64,000 nucleotides of DNA from Vicinamibacteria bacterium (GCA_965199715.1 OZ241322.1:416001-480000), one strand, 5' to 3'. Positions 46,041 through 56,755 are shown, counted from the stretch's first letter. A program made the numbers and translations. Notes: generated by a model from the sequence alone, not told the origin.

Positions 46041-47415
46041 ATCCGGGCGCGGCGGGGCCGGGAAGTTCGCAGAGCGATTCCGCGACGAGCTCCTCCGCGT
46101 GCGCCTCGGCGATCCGGGCCGCGACGAAACTGCCGACGGGCGCCTCCCCCTCCACGAGGAGGACCCGCGCGTCCACCTCGGGCGCCTGTCCCTCGGTGCG
46201 TCCGCACACGAGCAGGTCGCTCTCCTCACAGGGGCCGTCCACCAGCACCGGGACGACGCGGCCGACCATCTCCCGGTTCCGCTCGAGCGCGGCCTCCCGC
46301 CCGGCGGCGAGGAGGCGGTCCCGCCGCTCGGCCTTGATTTCCTCGGACACGGTCTCGACCGGAACCCACGACGCCGCCGACTCCTCGTTCGAGTAGAGGA
46401 ACGCTCCCATCGCGTCGAAGCGGGCCTCGCGGACGAAGTCCTCCAGCTCGCGGAAATCGGCCTCGGTCTCCCCCGGAAAGCCGACGATGAACGTGCTGCG
46501 GATCGCGACTCCGGGCACGCGCTCCCGGATCCGGGAGAGGAGCCGCTCGTTGGACTTCCGGTTTCCCGGGCGCCGCATCCGCTTCAGGACCGGGCGGCTC
46601 GCGTGCTGTAGCGGGATGTCCACGTACCGGCAGACCTCGGGAACCTCGGCCATCGCGTCGAGGATGGACTCGTCGAGCGTCGTGGGGTAGGCGTACAGGA
46701 AACGCACCCAGTCGATTCCGGGAACCGCGGCCAGGTCCCTCAGGAGCGAGGCGAGGCCGCGGCGCATGCCCAGATCGGCCCCGTACGCGGTCGTGTCCTG
46801 CGCGACGAGCACCAGCTCGCGCACGCCGTCCGCCGCGAGCGACGCCGCCTCCTCCAGCACCGATTCCGGCGTGCGGCTGCGGAACCGGCCCCGGATCTGC
46901 GGAATCACGCAGAAGGTGCACGGGTGGTCGCATCCCTCGGCGACCTTCAGGTACGCGAGGTGCCGAGGCGTGGACCGAATCCGCGGCGTCGTGTGGTCGT
47001 AGAGCCAGCGCACCGAGCCGTCCGCCTCGAGCGGGGGCGCGAGCCGCGGCCCCGGGTCGCAGGCCTCGGCGATCCGCTCGACCTGGTCGAGCCCCAAGAC
47101 CGCGTCGATCTCGGGGATCTCGCGGGTGAGCTCGGCGGCGTACCGCTGCGCGAGGCACCCCGCCACGACGAGGCGCCGGCAGCGGCCCTCGCGCCGGTGG
47201 CGCGCCATCTCGAGAATGGCCTCGACGCCCTCCTCCTTGGCCGGCCCGATGAACCCGCAGGTGTTCACCACGAGCGCGTCGGCCTCGCCCGGATCGTCGG
47301 TGGTCGTGAAGCCCCGGCGGGCGAGGACCCCGAGCATCACCTCGCTGTCGAGCAGGTTCTTCGCGCATCCGAGGCTGACGAGGCCGACCCGGGTCGGACG
47401 GGCGCCTGCGTTCAC
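46033..47415 (-). CDS. rimO: Ribosomal protein S12 methylthiotransferase RimO
   Basis: SLGCAKNLLDSE, NTCGFI, GCLAQRY, EGCDHPCTFC and APEVD; GTGA overlap with asnS. Confidence 0.95.
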   Translation of the reverse strand: MNAGARPTRVGLVSLGCAKNLLDSEVMLGVLARRGFTTTDDPGEADALVVNTCGFIGPAKEEGVEAILEMARHRREGRCRRLVVAGCLAQRYAAELTREIPEIDAVLGLDQVERIAEACDPGPRLAPPLEADGSVRWLYDHTTPRIRSTPRHLAYLKVAEGCDHPCTFCVIPQIRGRFRSRTPESVLEEAASLAADGVRELVLVAQDTTAYGADLGMRRGLASLLRDLAAVPGIDWVRFLYAYPTTLDESILDAMAEVPEVCRYVDIPLQHASRPVLKRMRRPGNRKSNERLLSRIRERVPGVAIRSTFIVGFPGETEADFRELEDFVREARFDAMGAFLYSNEESAASWVPVETVSEEIKAERRDRLLAAGREAALERNREMVGRVVPVLVDGPCEESDLLVCGRTEGQAPEVDARVLLVEGEAPVGSFVAARIAEAHAEELVAESLCELPGPAAPGLV

Positions 47416-48725
47416 GGGCGGAGCCGATACAGCGTTCGGGGAAACGGGATCGCCTCCCGCAGGTGCGAAAGCCCGGCCACCCACGAGACGAACCGCTCGA
47501 TCCCCAGCCCGAAGCCGGAGTGCGGCGGGCATCCGTACTTCCGCAGGTCCAGGTACCAGTCGAAGGCGTCATCCGGCAGCCCGTGCTCGCGGATGCGCTC
47601 GAGCAACAGGTCCGGGTCGTGGATGCGCTGGCCGCCGCCGACGATTTCGCCGTACCCCTCCGGAGCGATGACGTCGAGGCACAGCGCCTGCTCGGGACGC
47701 ACCGGATCCGGCTGCATGTAGAACGCCTTGATCGCCGACGGGAAGTGGGTCACCACCAGCGGGCGGTCGAGGTCTTCGGTCAGGAGCGTCTCGTGGCGGG
47801 CGCCGAAGTCGGAGCCCGGCTCGAAGTCGCTGTTCTTGCGAGCGAGGGTCGCCGCGGCCTCGTCGTAGGTGACGCGGGGGAACGGTGCGCGCACGGCCTC
47901 GAGCGGAGCCGGATCCCGCTCCAACGTCTCGAGTTCGCCCCGATGGCGCTCGAGGACGCGGCCGAGCGCGTGGCAGATCAGCCCCTCGGCCAGCGCTGCG
48001 ACGTCGTCCAGCTCGGCGAACGCCACTTCCGGCTCCAGCATCCAGAACTCGATCAGGTGTCGGCGAGTCCGCGACTTCTCGGCCCGGAACGTCGGCCCGA
48101 GGCAGTAGGTCCGGCCCACCGACATCGCCACCGCCTCGTTGTAGAGCTGGCCGCTCTGGCTGAGGAAGGCCTGCTGGTCGAAGTAGCGGGTCTCGAACAG
48201 CGTGGTGGTTCCCTCGCAGGCGTTCGGCGTGAAGATCGGGGTGTCCGCGCACAGGAAGCCCTGCTCGTCGAGGTACTCCCGGAAGGCGAGCAGCACCCCG
48301 TTCCGCAACCGGAGCAGCGCGTGCTGCTTGCGGGAGCGCAGCCAGAGGTGACGGTTGTCCAGCAGGAACGACGCGCCGTGCTCCTTGGCCCCGATGGGCC
48401 ACGGCTCCGCCTCGTGGAGGACGGTCATGTCGGCGGCGTGGATCTCCATGCCGCCCGGCGCCCGGGGCTCCCGGCGGGGCGCGCCGCGGATCTCGATCGC
48501 GCTCTCGATCGGGGCGCGGGCGGCCCGGGCGAAGGCCTCCTCGGACACGGCCTTCCTCGCCACCACGACCTGCGCGAAGCCGGAACCGTCGCGGAACTGG
48601 AGGAAGAGGATCCGCCCGCTCGACCGCCGCCCGGCGAGCCATCCCCGCAGCGCGACCTCCTCGCTCTGCGCGCACGCCCCCTCCGCCTCGAGGCTTCGCC
48701 CGAGCGCCGCGAGCGTGGGCGGCAT
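47412..48725 (-). CDS. asnS: Asparagine-tRNA ligase (start may be GTG 48758)
   Basis: FLLDNRHLWLRS, ACEGTTTLF, LSQSGQLY, FRAEKSRTRRHLIEFWM and PHSGFGLGIER. Confidence 0.95.
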   Translation of the reverse strand: MPPTLAALGRSLEAEGACAQSEEVALRGWLAGRRSSGRILFLQFRDGSGFAQVVVARKAVSEEAFARAARAPIESAIEIRGAPRREPRAPGGMEIHAADMTVLHEAEPWPIGAKEHGASFLLDNRHLWLRSRKQHALLRLRNGVLLAFREYLDEQGFLCADTPIFTPNACEGTTTLFETRYFDQQAFLSQSGQLYNEAVAMSVGRTYCLGPTFRAEKSRTRRHLIEFWMLEPEVAFAELDDVAALAEGLICHALGRVLERHRGELETLERDPAPLEAVRAPFPRVTYDEAAATLARKNSDFEPGSDFGARHETLLTEDLDRPLVVTHFPSAIKAFYMQPDPVRPEQALCLDVIAPEGYGEIVGGGQRIHDPDLLLERIREHGLPDDAFDWYLDLRKYGCPPHSGFGLGIERFVSWVAGLSHLREAIPFPRTLYRLRP

Positions 48726-48805
48726 GCGGTCGTCGAGGGAGGCCGGAAGGTCGGACACGGCGACGGGAGTGTCGCCGACGCCCGCGGGCGGCGCAACTTT
48801 CGCGG

Positions 48806-49840
48806 TCAGCGGAGCGCGAGGTCGCCGAGCAGCGCGCCGAGCTCGGCGCGGCTGGAGCGCCGGGGCGCCCGGTCCAGCGTCTCCCGCACCATGGCGACCG
48901 TGGGCTCCACGTACTGCGCGTACACGGCGTTGCCCCTCGCGCGCACTTGGAAGCCGTAGGTGCCCAGCGCCTTCAGCAGGCGCTGGAGCGCGACCGTGTC
49001 CATCTCGGCCAGAAGCTCCTCGCCGGCGGACGCGAGCCCGGCGCCTTCCCGGAAGCGGTCCAGCACGACCGCCTCCTCGAACGGAATCGGCGACGCCCCG
49101 GTCCGGACGTAGGGGTCCCGCAGCAGTGACATCACGTCGTAGCCCCGGGGCCCGATTCGGGTGTCCTGGTGGTCGATGACGACGAGGCCGCCGTCCGCCG
49201 GGACCACGAGGTTCCGCGAGTGGAAATCGCGATGGCACAGCGCCAGGGGAGCGCCCGCGGCCTCTTCGGCCAGTTCCGCGAAGAGACGGTCGAGCCGCTG
49301 CGGGATCCGGCTCCCTAGACCGAGGAAGTGCTCGCCGAAAAAGCGCAGCTCGCGCAGGAACAGCGGGGCGTCGAGCCGCATCCGGAAGGCGCGGAATCGG
49401 CCCGCGTCCGGGGAACGCTCGAGGCGGCGCCCTCGCCGCTGGATCCGTCCGAGGAGATCCACCGCCTCGAAGTACCGCCCGCCGGCGTCCGGCTCCCGCC
49501 GCAGGACCCGGTGCTGGAGGAGATCGTCCCCGAGATCCTCGAGCAGCACGACGCCGAGATCGGGGGCCTCATCGAGGATCCTCGGGACCGCGATCCCAAG
49601 CGAGCGATAGAGGCCGGTCGAGTCCGAAAACGGCAGCGCTCCCGGCGCGTAGGGGGCGCTCATGAGGCAGACCACGACCGGCCCCCGGCCCGGGAACGCG
49701 GCGCGGAAGTACATCCGCTCCCCGGCGTCCTGGACGAGGGGCGCAGTCTCGGTCCCCGGACGTCCCCGCCGCCGGAAGTAGGCCGAAAGGCGCTGCGCGC
49801 CCGACGACTCGGGCGAGGCCCGGCGCTCCTCGACGGTCAT
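48806..49840 (-). CDS. APH-family phosphotransferase, AmgK-like anomeric MurNAc/GlcNAc kinase
   Basis: DAGERMYFR, LLEDLGD, CHRDFHSRNL, IDHQD, YDVMSLLRD and QRLLKALGTY. Confidence 0.8.
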   Translation of the reverse strand: MTVEERRASPESSGAQRLSAYFRRRGRPGTETAPLVQDAGERMYFRAAFPGRGPVVVCLMSAPYAPGALPFSDSTGLYRSLGIAVPRILDEAPDLGVVLLEDLGDDLLQHRVLRREPDAGGRYFEAVDLLGRIQRRGRRLERSPDAGRFRAFRMRLDAPLFLRELRFFGEHFLGLGSRIPQRLDRLFAELAEEAAGAPLALCHRDFHSRNLVVPADGGLVVIDHQDTRIGPRGYDVMSLLRDPYVRTGASPIPFEEAVVLDRFREGAGLASAGEELLAEMDTVALQRLLKALGTYGFQVRARGNAVYAQYVEPTVAMVRETLDRAPRRSSRAELGALLGDLALR

Positions 49841-50802
49841 GGGAGGGACGCCCCGGCGCCGCCGGCGAACAGCGCTCCCGAAACCTCGGCCCCGGGCGGC
49901 ACGGCCTCGCCGGCCGCGACGATCGAGTCCCGAACGACCGCGCCCGGTCCCACCGTCGCCCGGTCGAGGAGCAGCGACCGCAGGACCTTCGCCCCCGCCC
50001 CAACGGCGCACCCCGCCCCGACAAGGCCCGGCGAGTCCACGACGGCGTCCGGCGCGAGGCGGGCGCCCCCTCCCGGCGCGCCGTCGCGGAACGAGAGCGC
50101 CGCCGCCAGATACCGGCCGGGAGTCCCGATCTCGAACCACGGCGCCGCGCTCGGAAACACGAACCCGCCGCCCGAGCGGATCAGCCCCGGAAGCAGGTCC
50201 TCGCCGAGGCCGGTCGCGCCGGGGACAAGCAGCCCGAGCCCGGCGGGTTCGAGGAGCCACACGCCGCAGAACACCGGTCCCGACGCGCCCCGTGGGCCGA
50301 TTCCGGCGAGGCGTCCGTCGGAAGCGACCTCGAGGCGGCGCTCACGCTCGAAACCCTTCGGCGTCCGGGAGGCGGCGAGGAGCGTGGCGCAGCCGCCGAG
50401 GCGCCGGTGGGCGGCGGCGAACTCCGGGAGATCGGCCTCGGAGAGCGCGTCCCCGTTCAACAGCAGGAACGGCTCGCTCCCGAATCCGTCCCCGGCGAAT
50501 CGGGCGAGCGCCCGCTGGAGTCCCCCGGACGTTCCCAAGAGACGCGTCTCCTCGGACCGCAGCACCTCAAGGCCGGCGGCCGCGGCGCGCCGGAGCGCCG
50601 GTTGGAGCGACTCGGGGGCGTGGTGGAGGTTCACGACGACCTTCCGGACGCCGGCGCGCCGCAGCCTGTGGAGGATGCGCTCCAGCAGCGACATCCCCCC
50701 GAGCGGAAGCGCCGGCTTCGCGCACCGGTCGGTGAGCGGCCCCATCCGCTCGCCGCGTCCGGCGGCGAAGACCATGGCGCAGCGCGGCGGCGCGACCGTC
50801 AT
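49837..50802 (-). CDS. Nucleotidyltransferase, MurU-like, with a short left-handed beta-helix tail
   Basis: AAGRGERMGPLT..KP, VVNLHH, LGTSGGL, LLNGD and WFEIGTP. Confidence 0.8.
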   Translation of the reverse strand: MTVAPPRCAMVFAAGRGERMGPLTDRCAKPALPLGGMSLLERILHRLRRAGVRKVVVNLHHAPESLQPALRRAAAAGLEVLRSEETRLLGTSGGLQRALARFAGDGFGSEPFLLLNGDALSEADLPEFAAAHRRLGGCATLLAASRTPKGFERERRLEVASDGRLAGIGPRGASGPVFCGVWLLEPAGLGLLVPGATGLGEDLLPGLIRSGGGFVFPSAAPWFEIGTPGRYLAAALSFRDGAPGGGARLAPDAVVDSPGLVGAGCAVGAGAKVLRSLLLDRATVGPGAVVRDSIVAAGEAVPPGAEVSGALFAGGAGASLP

Positions 50803-53800
50803 GCGGACGGGGCCTCCGCATCCGTCAGCCAGTCGGAGGCCGCCGCGTCCCGCAGGTCCAGCGAAACGACGCGCGACACGCCGGGTTCCTCCATGGTGAC
50901 CCCGTACAGGTGGTCGCAGGACTCCATGGTGTGCCGATTGTGGGTGATGACCACGAGTTGGGTCGTCGCCCGGAGCCGCCCGAGCATGGCGGCGAAGCGC
51001 TCCACGTTCTGGTCGTCCAGCGGCGCGTCGGCCTCGTCCAGCAAGCAGAACGGCGCCGGGCGGAAGCGGAACAGCGCGATCAGGAACGCGATGGCGGTCA
51101 TCGCTCGCTCCCCGCCCGAGAGCAGCCGCACGCCGCGGAGCTTCTTTCCGGGCGGCTCGCCGAGGATCTCGACCCCCGCCTCCAGATCCTGGGGCACGCC
51201 GCTCGCCGGGCGCGCGTCCTCCTCCTCCGGCTCGTGCCGCTCCACGAGGCGCAGCGACGCCCGGCCGCCGCCGAAGAGCTCCTCGAACGCCTCGGCGAAG
51301 TTGCGGTCCACCGCGTCGAACGCGGCGCCGAACCGCTTGCGGGCGTCGATGTCGTGTCGGGCGAGCGCCCGCATTCCGTCCCGGACGCCCGACTCGACGT
51401 CCTGAAGCTGTTCGGCGGGACGCGCCCGTTCCTCCTCCAGCCGGGTCAGCGCGGCCCCCGCGGTCTCGTTCACCGGGCCCATGCGCTCGAGCCCGGCGCG
51501 GAGCCGGTCGGTCTCCTCGGCGAGGTCGTCGCGTCCCCGCTCCCCGAGGTCCGCCGGAAGCGCGCGAGCGGCTTCGGCCGCGGACTTCCCGTAGCGGCGA
51601 CGGAACTCGTCCTCCAGCTCCGAGAGGGAACTGCGCCCCGCGCCCAGCTCGGCCCGGGCGGCCGCCTCGGCGGATTCGGCCGCCCGCAGCTCGGCGCGCC
51701 GCGCCAGCAACGGCTCCGAAGCGGCCTCCAGCCGGTTCGAGAGTTCCCGCTCGCCCCGGGCGAGCTCCGTCTCCCGCGCCCCGAGCTCGGCCTCGTCGCG
51801 TTCCGCCGCAACCGCGCTCGCCCCGGCCTCCTCCCGCCGGCGCGTCCACTCGAGATCCTCCCGCTCCAGCTCGCGCAGATCCTCGGCCAGCCCCGAGAGA
51901 CGGCGTTCGTCCTGCTCCTCCTGACGCCGGGCCGCGTCGAGCCCCTGCCTCGCCCGCTCGGCCTCCGCGGCGGCGCGGTGCGACTCGCGCTCGGCGGCCT
52001 CCCACTCGGACTCCGCCTCCCGCGCCCGGCCGCCGGCCGCTTGCGACTCCTCCCGCGCCGCCTCGACGCGGTTCTCGTGGGCTTCGAGGTCCCGCCGGCG
52101 ATCGCGGATCGCCCGCCGCGCCCCTTCGAGCGCCTCGCGGTTCCGTTCCCGATCCTCGTCGTTCTCGGACCGGCTGGCATCCGCGGCCGCGAGCGCGCGC
52201 CGCGTCTCCGCGAGCCGACGGCGCCCGGAGTCCAGATCGCCCGCAGCACGTTCCCTCGCCCGCCGCGCCTCGTCGCGCGCGCCGGCGGCGCGGTCCAGTT
52301 CCCGGCTCGCATCTTCGAGTCGGACGGACGCGGCCGCGGCCTCGTCGGCCCGCTCCCGCGCCGCCCGGTCAGCCTCGGCCTCCTCCGCCTCGAGGCGGGC
52401 GAGATCGCGGCGCGCCCCGAGGAACCCGGTCCCCGGCCCCGAGAGGCCGACGCGTACGAGCCCCGAGGGCGTCACCGAATCCCCGGCCGGAGTCACGTAG
52501 CTCCCCTCGGCCTCGGCGTAGGCGGCGAGCGCCGCATCAAGGTCGGGAACCACCGCCGCGTCCGGAATCGAGGCGGAAAGCGCGGGATCCTCGCTGCGCA
52601 CGCGCCGGCGCAGCCGGTCGCCCTCGCGCGGCCCTTCGGGCGCAGGGCCGCCGACGAGTTCCCCCACGAGCGCCTCCCACGACCGCACTCCGGCTCCTTC
52701 GGCGAGTCGCTGCAGTTCCCGCACCTCGGCCGCCCGCCGCACACGGATCCGATGCACGCCGATCACGCGCTCGGCGGCTTTCTCGTACCCCTCGTCCACG
52801 TCCAGCGCTTCCCCGACGGCTCCCGGCAGATCCAGACCGGCCCCCTGCGCCAGCTTCAGCAGCTTCCGACTGGCCGGGCCGAGCTGCTCCCGCGAGCGGA
52901 CAAGCGACTCCGCCGCCTCCCGTCCGCCCCGAATCCGTCCGAGATCGCGTTCCGCGGCCGCGCTGCCAGCCCGCGCCTCCTCGAGCGCGTCGGCTTGCTC
53001 CCGCCGCAGGCGATCCAGATTGCGCCAGCGCGCGACGGCGTCGCTCTCCGCCTCGACCCGGGCCTGAAGCTCCCGCGCCGCCTCGCGCTCGGCGGCGTCG
53101 AGTTCGGCCTCCCGCGCGACGAGCTCCTGCCGTTCCACACCGAGGCGCTGGGCGACGGCGAGCAGGCGTTCTTCGGAGCGCTCGTGCTGGTCCAGCCGGA
53201 ACGCCAGCTCCTGCGCCGCCTCGCGGGACTTGAGCGCCGCGCGCTGCGCCGCCTCGAGCGCGGCCACGGCGCGGGCGACCTCGCTTCGCGCGGTGTCGAG
53301 CCCGCTCCGGCGCGAAGCGGCCCCGCTCCCGGCTTCCTCCGCAAGGCCGTCCAGCGCTTCGGCGCGTCGGACCTGCTCGCCGCGCTCCGCCCGGCGGCGC
53401 GTTTGGGCCTCGCGAATCGCGCGCTCCTCGTCGAGGCGCCGCTCCCGCCGGATCCGCCGCGCCTCGCCGGCGCGCGCGCCCTCGCGCAGGAGCGCGTCCA
53501 ACTCGCCCCGCCGGCGGCGCGCCTCGCCGATGAGTCGGACCGCCTCGCGCAGCTCGGCGGCGCAGCGGTCGAGGCGCGTTCGCATCGCGTCGAGGCGGCG
53601 TTCCAGCACGAGGAGGCTCGCCCGGCGCCTCCCGACCTCGCCCGCAAGGCGCTCCAGCGGACCGGTTCCTTCGGCGATCCGCGCCTCCAGGTCCCGGCGG
53701 CGGGCCAACTGCTCGGCGATCTCCACCCGGCGCAGCGTCGCCTCGAGCTGCTTCGCCTCGCCCGCGTGCCGCGCGTCGCGCCGGGCGCGCCGGATCCGGG

Positions 53801-54386
53801 CGTCCAGATCGGCCATGCGCTGGCGCGCCTCGGCGAGCGCCCGCTCGGCGGCGCGAAGGTTCTCCTCGCTCTCGCGCCGATCCTGCCGGTAACGCCCCAA
53901 CCCGGCGGCCTCCTCGATGAACCTGCGCAGCTCCTCGGGAGGGCGCGAGAGCACCTCGCCCATCCGTCCCTGCTCGATCAGCCCGTACGAACGCCCGCTC
54001 AGCCCCGTCCCGGCCAGCAGCCGCAGGACTTCCTTCCTGGTGCTGCGGCGGCCGTCGATCTCGTAGGCGGACCGCCCGCTGCGGTCCACCCGGCGCCCCA
54101 CCACCGCGTCGGGGGAACCGTCGCGGTCGAGACCGGAGAGATGGAGGCGGACTTCGGCGACTCCGAGCGGCTTGCGCTCCGCGTTGCCGGAGAAGATCAG
54201 CTCCTCGCCCCGGCCGCGGATGGCGCCCGCGCCGAGCTCGCCCACGACCCAGAAGATGGCGTCGGCGATATTGCTCTTGCCGCAGCCGTTGGGGCCCACC
54301 ACCGCGGTCGCGCCGCCCGCGAACGTGATCGCGACGGCGTCGGCGAAACTCTTGAACCCGGCGATCTCCAGGCGTTCAACGCGCAA
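50799..54386 (-). CDS. smc: Chromosome segregation protein SMC
   Basis: GFKSF, GPNGCGKSN, long coiled coils with a hinge, LSGGE and LLDEADAPLD. Confidence 0.95.
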   Translation of the reverse strand: MRVERLEIAGFKSFADAVAITFAGGATAVVGPNGCGKSNIADAIFWVVGELGAGAIRGRGEELIFSGNAERKPLGVAEVRLHLSGLDRDGSPDAVVGRRVDRSGRSAYEIDGRRSTRKEVLRLLAGTGLSGRSYGLIEQGRMGEVLSRPPEELRRFIEEAAGLGRYRQDRRESEENLRAAERALAEARQRMADLDARIRRARRDARHAGEAKQLEATLRRVEIAEQLARRRDLEARIAEGTGPLERLAGEVGRRRASLLVLERRLDAMRTRLDRCAAELREAVRLIGEARRRRGELDALLREGARAGEARRIRRERRLDEERAIREAQTRRRAERGEQVRRAEALDGLAEEAGSGAASRRSGLDTARSEVARAVAALEAAQRAALKSREAAQELAFRLDQHERSEERLLAVAQRLGVERQELVAREAELDAAEREAARELQARVEAESDAVARWRNLDRLRREQADALEEARAGSAAAERDLGRIRGGREAAESLVRSREQLGPASRKLLKLAQGAGLDLPGAVGEALDVDEGYEKAAERVIGVHRIRVRRAAEVRELQRLAEGAGVRSWEALVGELVGGPAPEGPREGDRLRRRVRSEDPALSASIPDAAVVPDLDAALAAYAEAEGSYVTPAGDSVTPSGLVRVGLSGPGTGFLGARRDLARLEAEEAEADRAARERADEAAAASVRLEDASRELDRAAGARDEARRARERAAGDLDSGRRRLAETRRALAAADASRSENDEDRERNREALEGARRAIRDRRRDLEAHENRVEAAREESQAAGGRAREAESEWEAAERESHRAAAEAERARQGLDAARRQEEQDERRLSGLAEDLRELEREDLEWTRRREEAGASAVAAERDEAELGARETELARGERELSNRLEAASEPLLARRAELRAAESAEAAARAELGAGRSSLSELEDEFRRRYGKSAAEAARALPADLGERGRDDLAEETDRLRAGLERMGPVNETAGAALTRLEEERARPAEQLQDVESGVRDGMRALARHDIDARKRFGAAFDAVDRNFAEAFEELFGGGRASLRLVERHEPEEEDARPASGVPQDLEAGVEILGEPPGKKLRGVRLLSGGERAMTAIAFLIALFRFRPAPFCLLDEADAPLDDQNVERFAAMLGRLRATTQLVVITHNRHTMESCDHLYGVTMEEPGVSRVVSLDLRDAAASDWLTDAEAPSA

Positions 54387-54472
54387 CCGGGGTCCTTCCG
54401 GGCGGCGCGTGCATTGGGGGATTCTACGGAGCGGAACGGCCCGCCCGACTGTCAGAATCCGGGCTGCACGCC

Positions 54473-56755
54473 TTGGGCCTCCTCGACCGCTACATCCTGC
54501 GCCTCATCGCCCCGGGCGCCGCGATGGGGTCGGGCGTGTTCCTGTTCGCGCTGCTCCTGAACGAGATCGTCATCCGGCTGCGCGAGCTCGTCACCCAGGG
54601 GGCCGACCCCGCGACCGCCGCGCTCGCGCTGGCGCACCTCGTCCCCGCGCTGCTGGCGGTCGCGGTGCCGAGCGCCCTGCTCTTCGGGGTGCTGTTCGCG
54701 TTCTCGCGGCTGACCGCCGGATCGGAACTGCTCGCGATGCGCGCGGGCGGGGTCAGCTCGCCGAGGCTGCTCGCGCCGGTGGGGATCGCCGCGCTGCTCG
54801 GGTTCGGCGCGACGCTCGTCCTCATGCTCGAGGTGGTCCCCCACTCGAACCGCCGGTATCTGGAGCTGTCGGGCGAGCTGGCCTCGTCGAGGCTGCGCGC
54901 CGAGATCCGTCCGCGCGTCTTCTACGACGAGCTGCTCGACGAGAAGGTCCTGCTGATCAGGGCCGCGCCGCCGGACGGCGACTGGGAGCGCGTCTTTCTC
55001 GCGGACACGAGCTCCCCCGCTTCGCCGACGATCTACGTCGCCGAGCGCGGGCGGCTGGCGGTGCTTCCCGCCGACCGGATCGCGTACCTCGAGCTCACGA
55101 ACGTCGAATCCCACGCCTCGCCCGACCAGGACCCGGGGAAGTACCGCATCCAGCGGGCGGACCGCATCCGCCTGCCGCTCGACGCGGTCGAGGTCTTCGG
55201 CCCCGAGACTCCCGGACCGCGCCGGGACGCTCGCTCGATGCGGCTTCCGGAGCTCGTCGCCGGCTGGGAAGAGACCGAGGCCCCGGTGTACCTCGTCGAG
55301 ATCTACAAGAAGTTCGCCCTGCCCTTCGCGTGCGTCGCGTTCGGCGTGATCGGGCTCGCGCTCGGGCTGAGCCCGACCGCCGGGGGAACCCGTGCCGGCG
55401 GCTTCGTGTTCGCCGCCGGAATCGTCGTCCTCTACTACATCCCGCAGCTCGTCGCCGAGGAGCTCGCCATCGCCGGCGAGATGACCCCGTGGGTCTCGGT
55501 GTGGGCCACGCCGGCTGCGACGGTCGGGATCGGGCTCCTGCTTCTCCTGTTCGGATCGTGGGGCATGGATCCGGTGGGCGCGGTCCAGCGAGCGGTCGCG
55601 CGCCTCGTCCCCGAGCGCTTCCGGCGCGGGCCGCCGGGTCTGGCCGGCCGCCGTTCCGGCCGCCGCCCCCGGCGGCTCCTTGTGGGAGACCGCTACCTCT
55701 TCCGCCGCTTCGCTGCGTGGTTCGGGGCGAGCCTCCTCATCCTCCTCGCCATGCAGCTCGTCGGGCTCGTCACCCGAACGGTCGGGAACGCATTCGAGAA
55801 CGATGTCGCTCCCCTCGAGTTCCTGCGCTTCCTCGGCCTGTCGCTGCCCGGCCTCGCGCTCGACATGCTGCCGCTCGCCGCGCTGTCGTCCACGCTCGTG
55901 ACCTTCGGGGTGCTTGGGGGGAGCCGGGAGCTCACCGCGTTCCGCGCCGCGGGGATCTCGCGGAGCCGACTCGCGGTTCCGGCGCTCGCCGGCGGACTCG
56001 CGGTCGCCGCGCTCGCGCTGGGCCTCCAGGAGGGCGCGCTCCCACGGATCGGCGCGGAGGCGGAAGAGCTGGAAACCCGCATCGAGGGCCGGAGCCTGCG
56101 CGCCGCCGATCCGAGCGAGCGGCAGTGGATCCTGACGCCCGAAGGAACCGTCTATCACTACCGCGACTTCGACCCCGAGTCCGGTCACCTCGAGGAGCTG
56201 TCGGCGTTCGCCCCCGCGCCCGACCAGGGCTCGCTCAGGTCCCGCAGCTTCCTCGCCGCGGCCCACTGGTCCGAATCCGACGGCCACTGGAACGGAATCG
56301 GCGGATGGACGCGCAACTTCGGCGGGGAGGCCGCCATCCAATCCTTCGCCCGCCGCTCCTTCCCCGACATTCCGCCGCCCGAGTCGTTCCTGCGTCCGGA
56401 CCTCGTGGCCGAACAGCTCACCCGGGGCGAGCTGGAGGAGCGGATCGGCGCCATCGAGGCCGCCGGCCACGCGGCGCCCGCGCTGCGGGTGGACTTCCAT
56501 CGGCGGGGCTCGGCGCCCGCGGCGGCGCTCGTCACCGTCCTGCTCGGGCTCCCCTTCGCCTTCAGCCGCGCGAATCGAGGCGTGCTCGCCGGCGCGAGCT
56601 TCGCGATCGCGATCGGGATCCTGTTCCTCGTCGCGAACCGGCTCTTCGGGTTCCTCGGCGACGCCGGAGTGCTGGAGGCTCCGCTCGCCGCGTGGAGCCC
56701 GAACCTGTTTTTCGGACTCGCCGCGCTCTTCCTGATCCTCAGGCCGTCGGACTGA
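54473..56755 (+). CDS. Fused LptF/LptG LPS export permease
   Basis: Two tandem YjgP/YjgQ modules (LLDRYI...SELLAMRAGG and GDRYLFR...RELTAFRAAG). Confidence 0.88.
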   Translation: MGLLDRYILRLIAPGAAMGSGVFLFALLLNEIVIRLRELVTQGADPATAALALAHLVPALLAVAVPSALLFGVLFAFSRLTAGSELLAMRAGGVSSPRLLAPVGIAALLGFGATLVLMLEVVPHSNRRYLELSGELASSRLRAEIRPRVFYDELLDEKVLLIRAAPPDGDWERVFLADTSSPASPTIYVAERGRLAVLPADRIAYLELTNVESHASPDQDPGKYRIQRADRIRLPLDAVEVFGPETPGPRRDARSMRLPELVAGWEETEAPVYLVEIYKKFALPFACVAFGVIGLALGLSPTAGGTRAGGFVFAAGIVVLYYIPQLVAEELAIAGEMTPWVSVWATPAATVGIGLLLLLFGSWGMDPVGAVQRAVARLVPERFRRGPPGLAGRRSGRRPRRLLVGDRYLFRRFAAWFGASLLILLAMQLVGLVTRTVGNAFENDVAPLEFLRFLGLSLPGLALDMLPLAALSSTLVTFGVLGGSRELTAFRAAGISRSRLAVPALAGGLAVAALALGLQEGALPRIGAEAEELETRIEGRSLRAADPSERQWILTPEGTVYHYRDFDPESGHLEELSAFAPAPDQGSLRSRSFLAAAHWSESDGHWNGIGGWTRNFGGEAAIQSFARRSFPDIPPPESFLRPDLVAEQLTRGELEERIGAIEAAGHAAPALRVDFHRRGSAPAAALVTVLLGLPFAFSRANRGVLAGASFAIAIGILFLVANRLFGFLGDAGVLEAPLAAWSPNLFFGLAALFLILRPSD

